Below, one piece after another: positions 63,440-64,000 of a stretch of DNA of 64,000 bases. The translations under genes were made by a program, and so were the position numbers. Numbering within the stretch: position 1 is the stretch's first letter; every line of letters starts with the position of its first letter. The notes beneath the pieces are model-generated. The model worked only from the letters and a program-made list of their open reading frames with translations. It made no database searches and was not told the origin of the DNA. Source of the stretch: Haliotis rubra (taxonomy: Eukaryota); assembly GCF_003918875.1 (NCBI RefSeq), contig NW_025765059.1, positions 1,612,001 to 1,676,000 on the forward strand. The letters are read 5' to 3'.

Positions 63440-63745
63440 AGGATTCGATCCAGACCGGTTCCTTCTTAAAACAAGTCTATGATTTTGTAGATGTTAGGGT
63501 GGCTCTCTGTCAACACATTCAGCTTTCTGTGCCGCCCCTCAGCATGGTTGGTCATTCGTGACTCTTCTGTTGCACAGTGGTTCCATGTTGCCGTGGTCAC
63601 CCTCCACACAGTTGGTTGTCACGTAGTCGTCGGTGAAGCTGTTGATGTTGTTACCGGGTGGAGCATTTTCTAGGGCATGGAACCACACGTCACTGACAGT
63701 GTGCACGGGGACAAGTGGAAGGGACATAGTTCTCTTCACTAACAT
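63440..63745 (-). mobile_element. Mutator-like (MULE) transposase C-terminal relic
   Basis: LPLVPVHTVSDVWFHALE...FTDDYVTTN, then in a shifted frame WNHCATEESRMTNHAEGRHRKLN..HPNIYKII, resembling the RTNNxxEGWH motif. Confidence 0.6.
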
Positions 63746-64000
63746 CCTTTTAGTTCGACGTCAGGAAAGATGGCGAGGAAGGCACTCTGGACGGCAGTTT
63801 CAAAGTCAGTAAGGAGCGTTCATAATTTATGGCTATGGTGGGGTAGGTAGGAGGGTGGGTGATGATTTTTATGGAGGAGCATGTACAATGTTTGCAGTAC
63901 ATAAAGTTCAGTTCAGACGGGAATTTTATAATTAAGTGGACCAAATATAACATGTTGCAAACAATTAAAAAAAAAGAATCACATGCACTTTGTATTATAT

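Overview
Eukaryotic, AT-rich, repeat-dense genomic DNA from an invertebrate animal (my guess from the SINE families is a marine gastropod, but this is unverified). The left part carries a complete 7-exon 15-hydroxyprostaglandin dehydrogenase-like SDR gene on the minus strand (3618-13377, 254 aa), with a Tc1 transposon, a MITE and minisatellites in intron 2. The core of the window is a minus-strand tandem cluster of five iodothyronine deiodinase-family selenoprotein genes with single-exon CDSs. The ORF track splits each one at the in-frame UGA (Sec). Four are near-identical recent copies (A, LINE-truncated; B, two homopolymer frameshifts; C and D, intact) and one is a divergent canonical paralog (E). 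I can fold five SECIS-like elements. One of them (22.4 kb) is cut off from any intact CDS, and its 5' arm seeds a 102-bp minisatellite. The most notable observation is that copies B/C/D end in CAT-TGC-TGA-AGT-TAA about 0.9 kb upstream of a SECIS. This predicts a second, penultimate Sec in a His-Cys-Sec-Ser-COOH tail resembling the thioredoxin reductase C-terminal redox motif, and it occurs together with an unusual Sec-Arg-Pro active site. The remainder is SINEs, an L2/CR1-type LINE, DNA-transposon relics, satellites, a 2.2-kb tandem duplication and one N gap.
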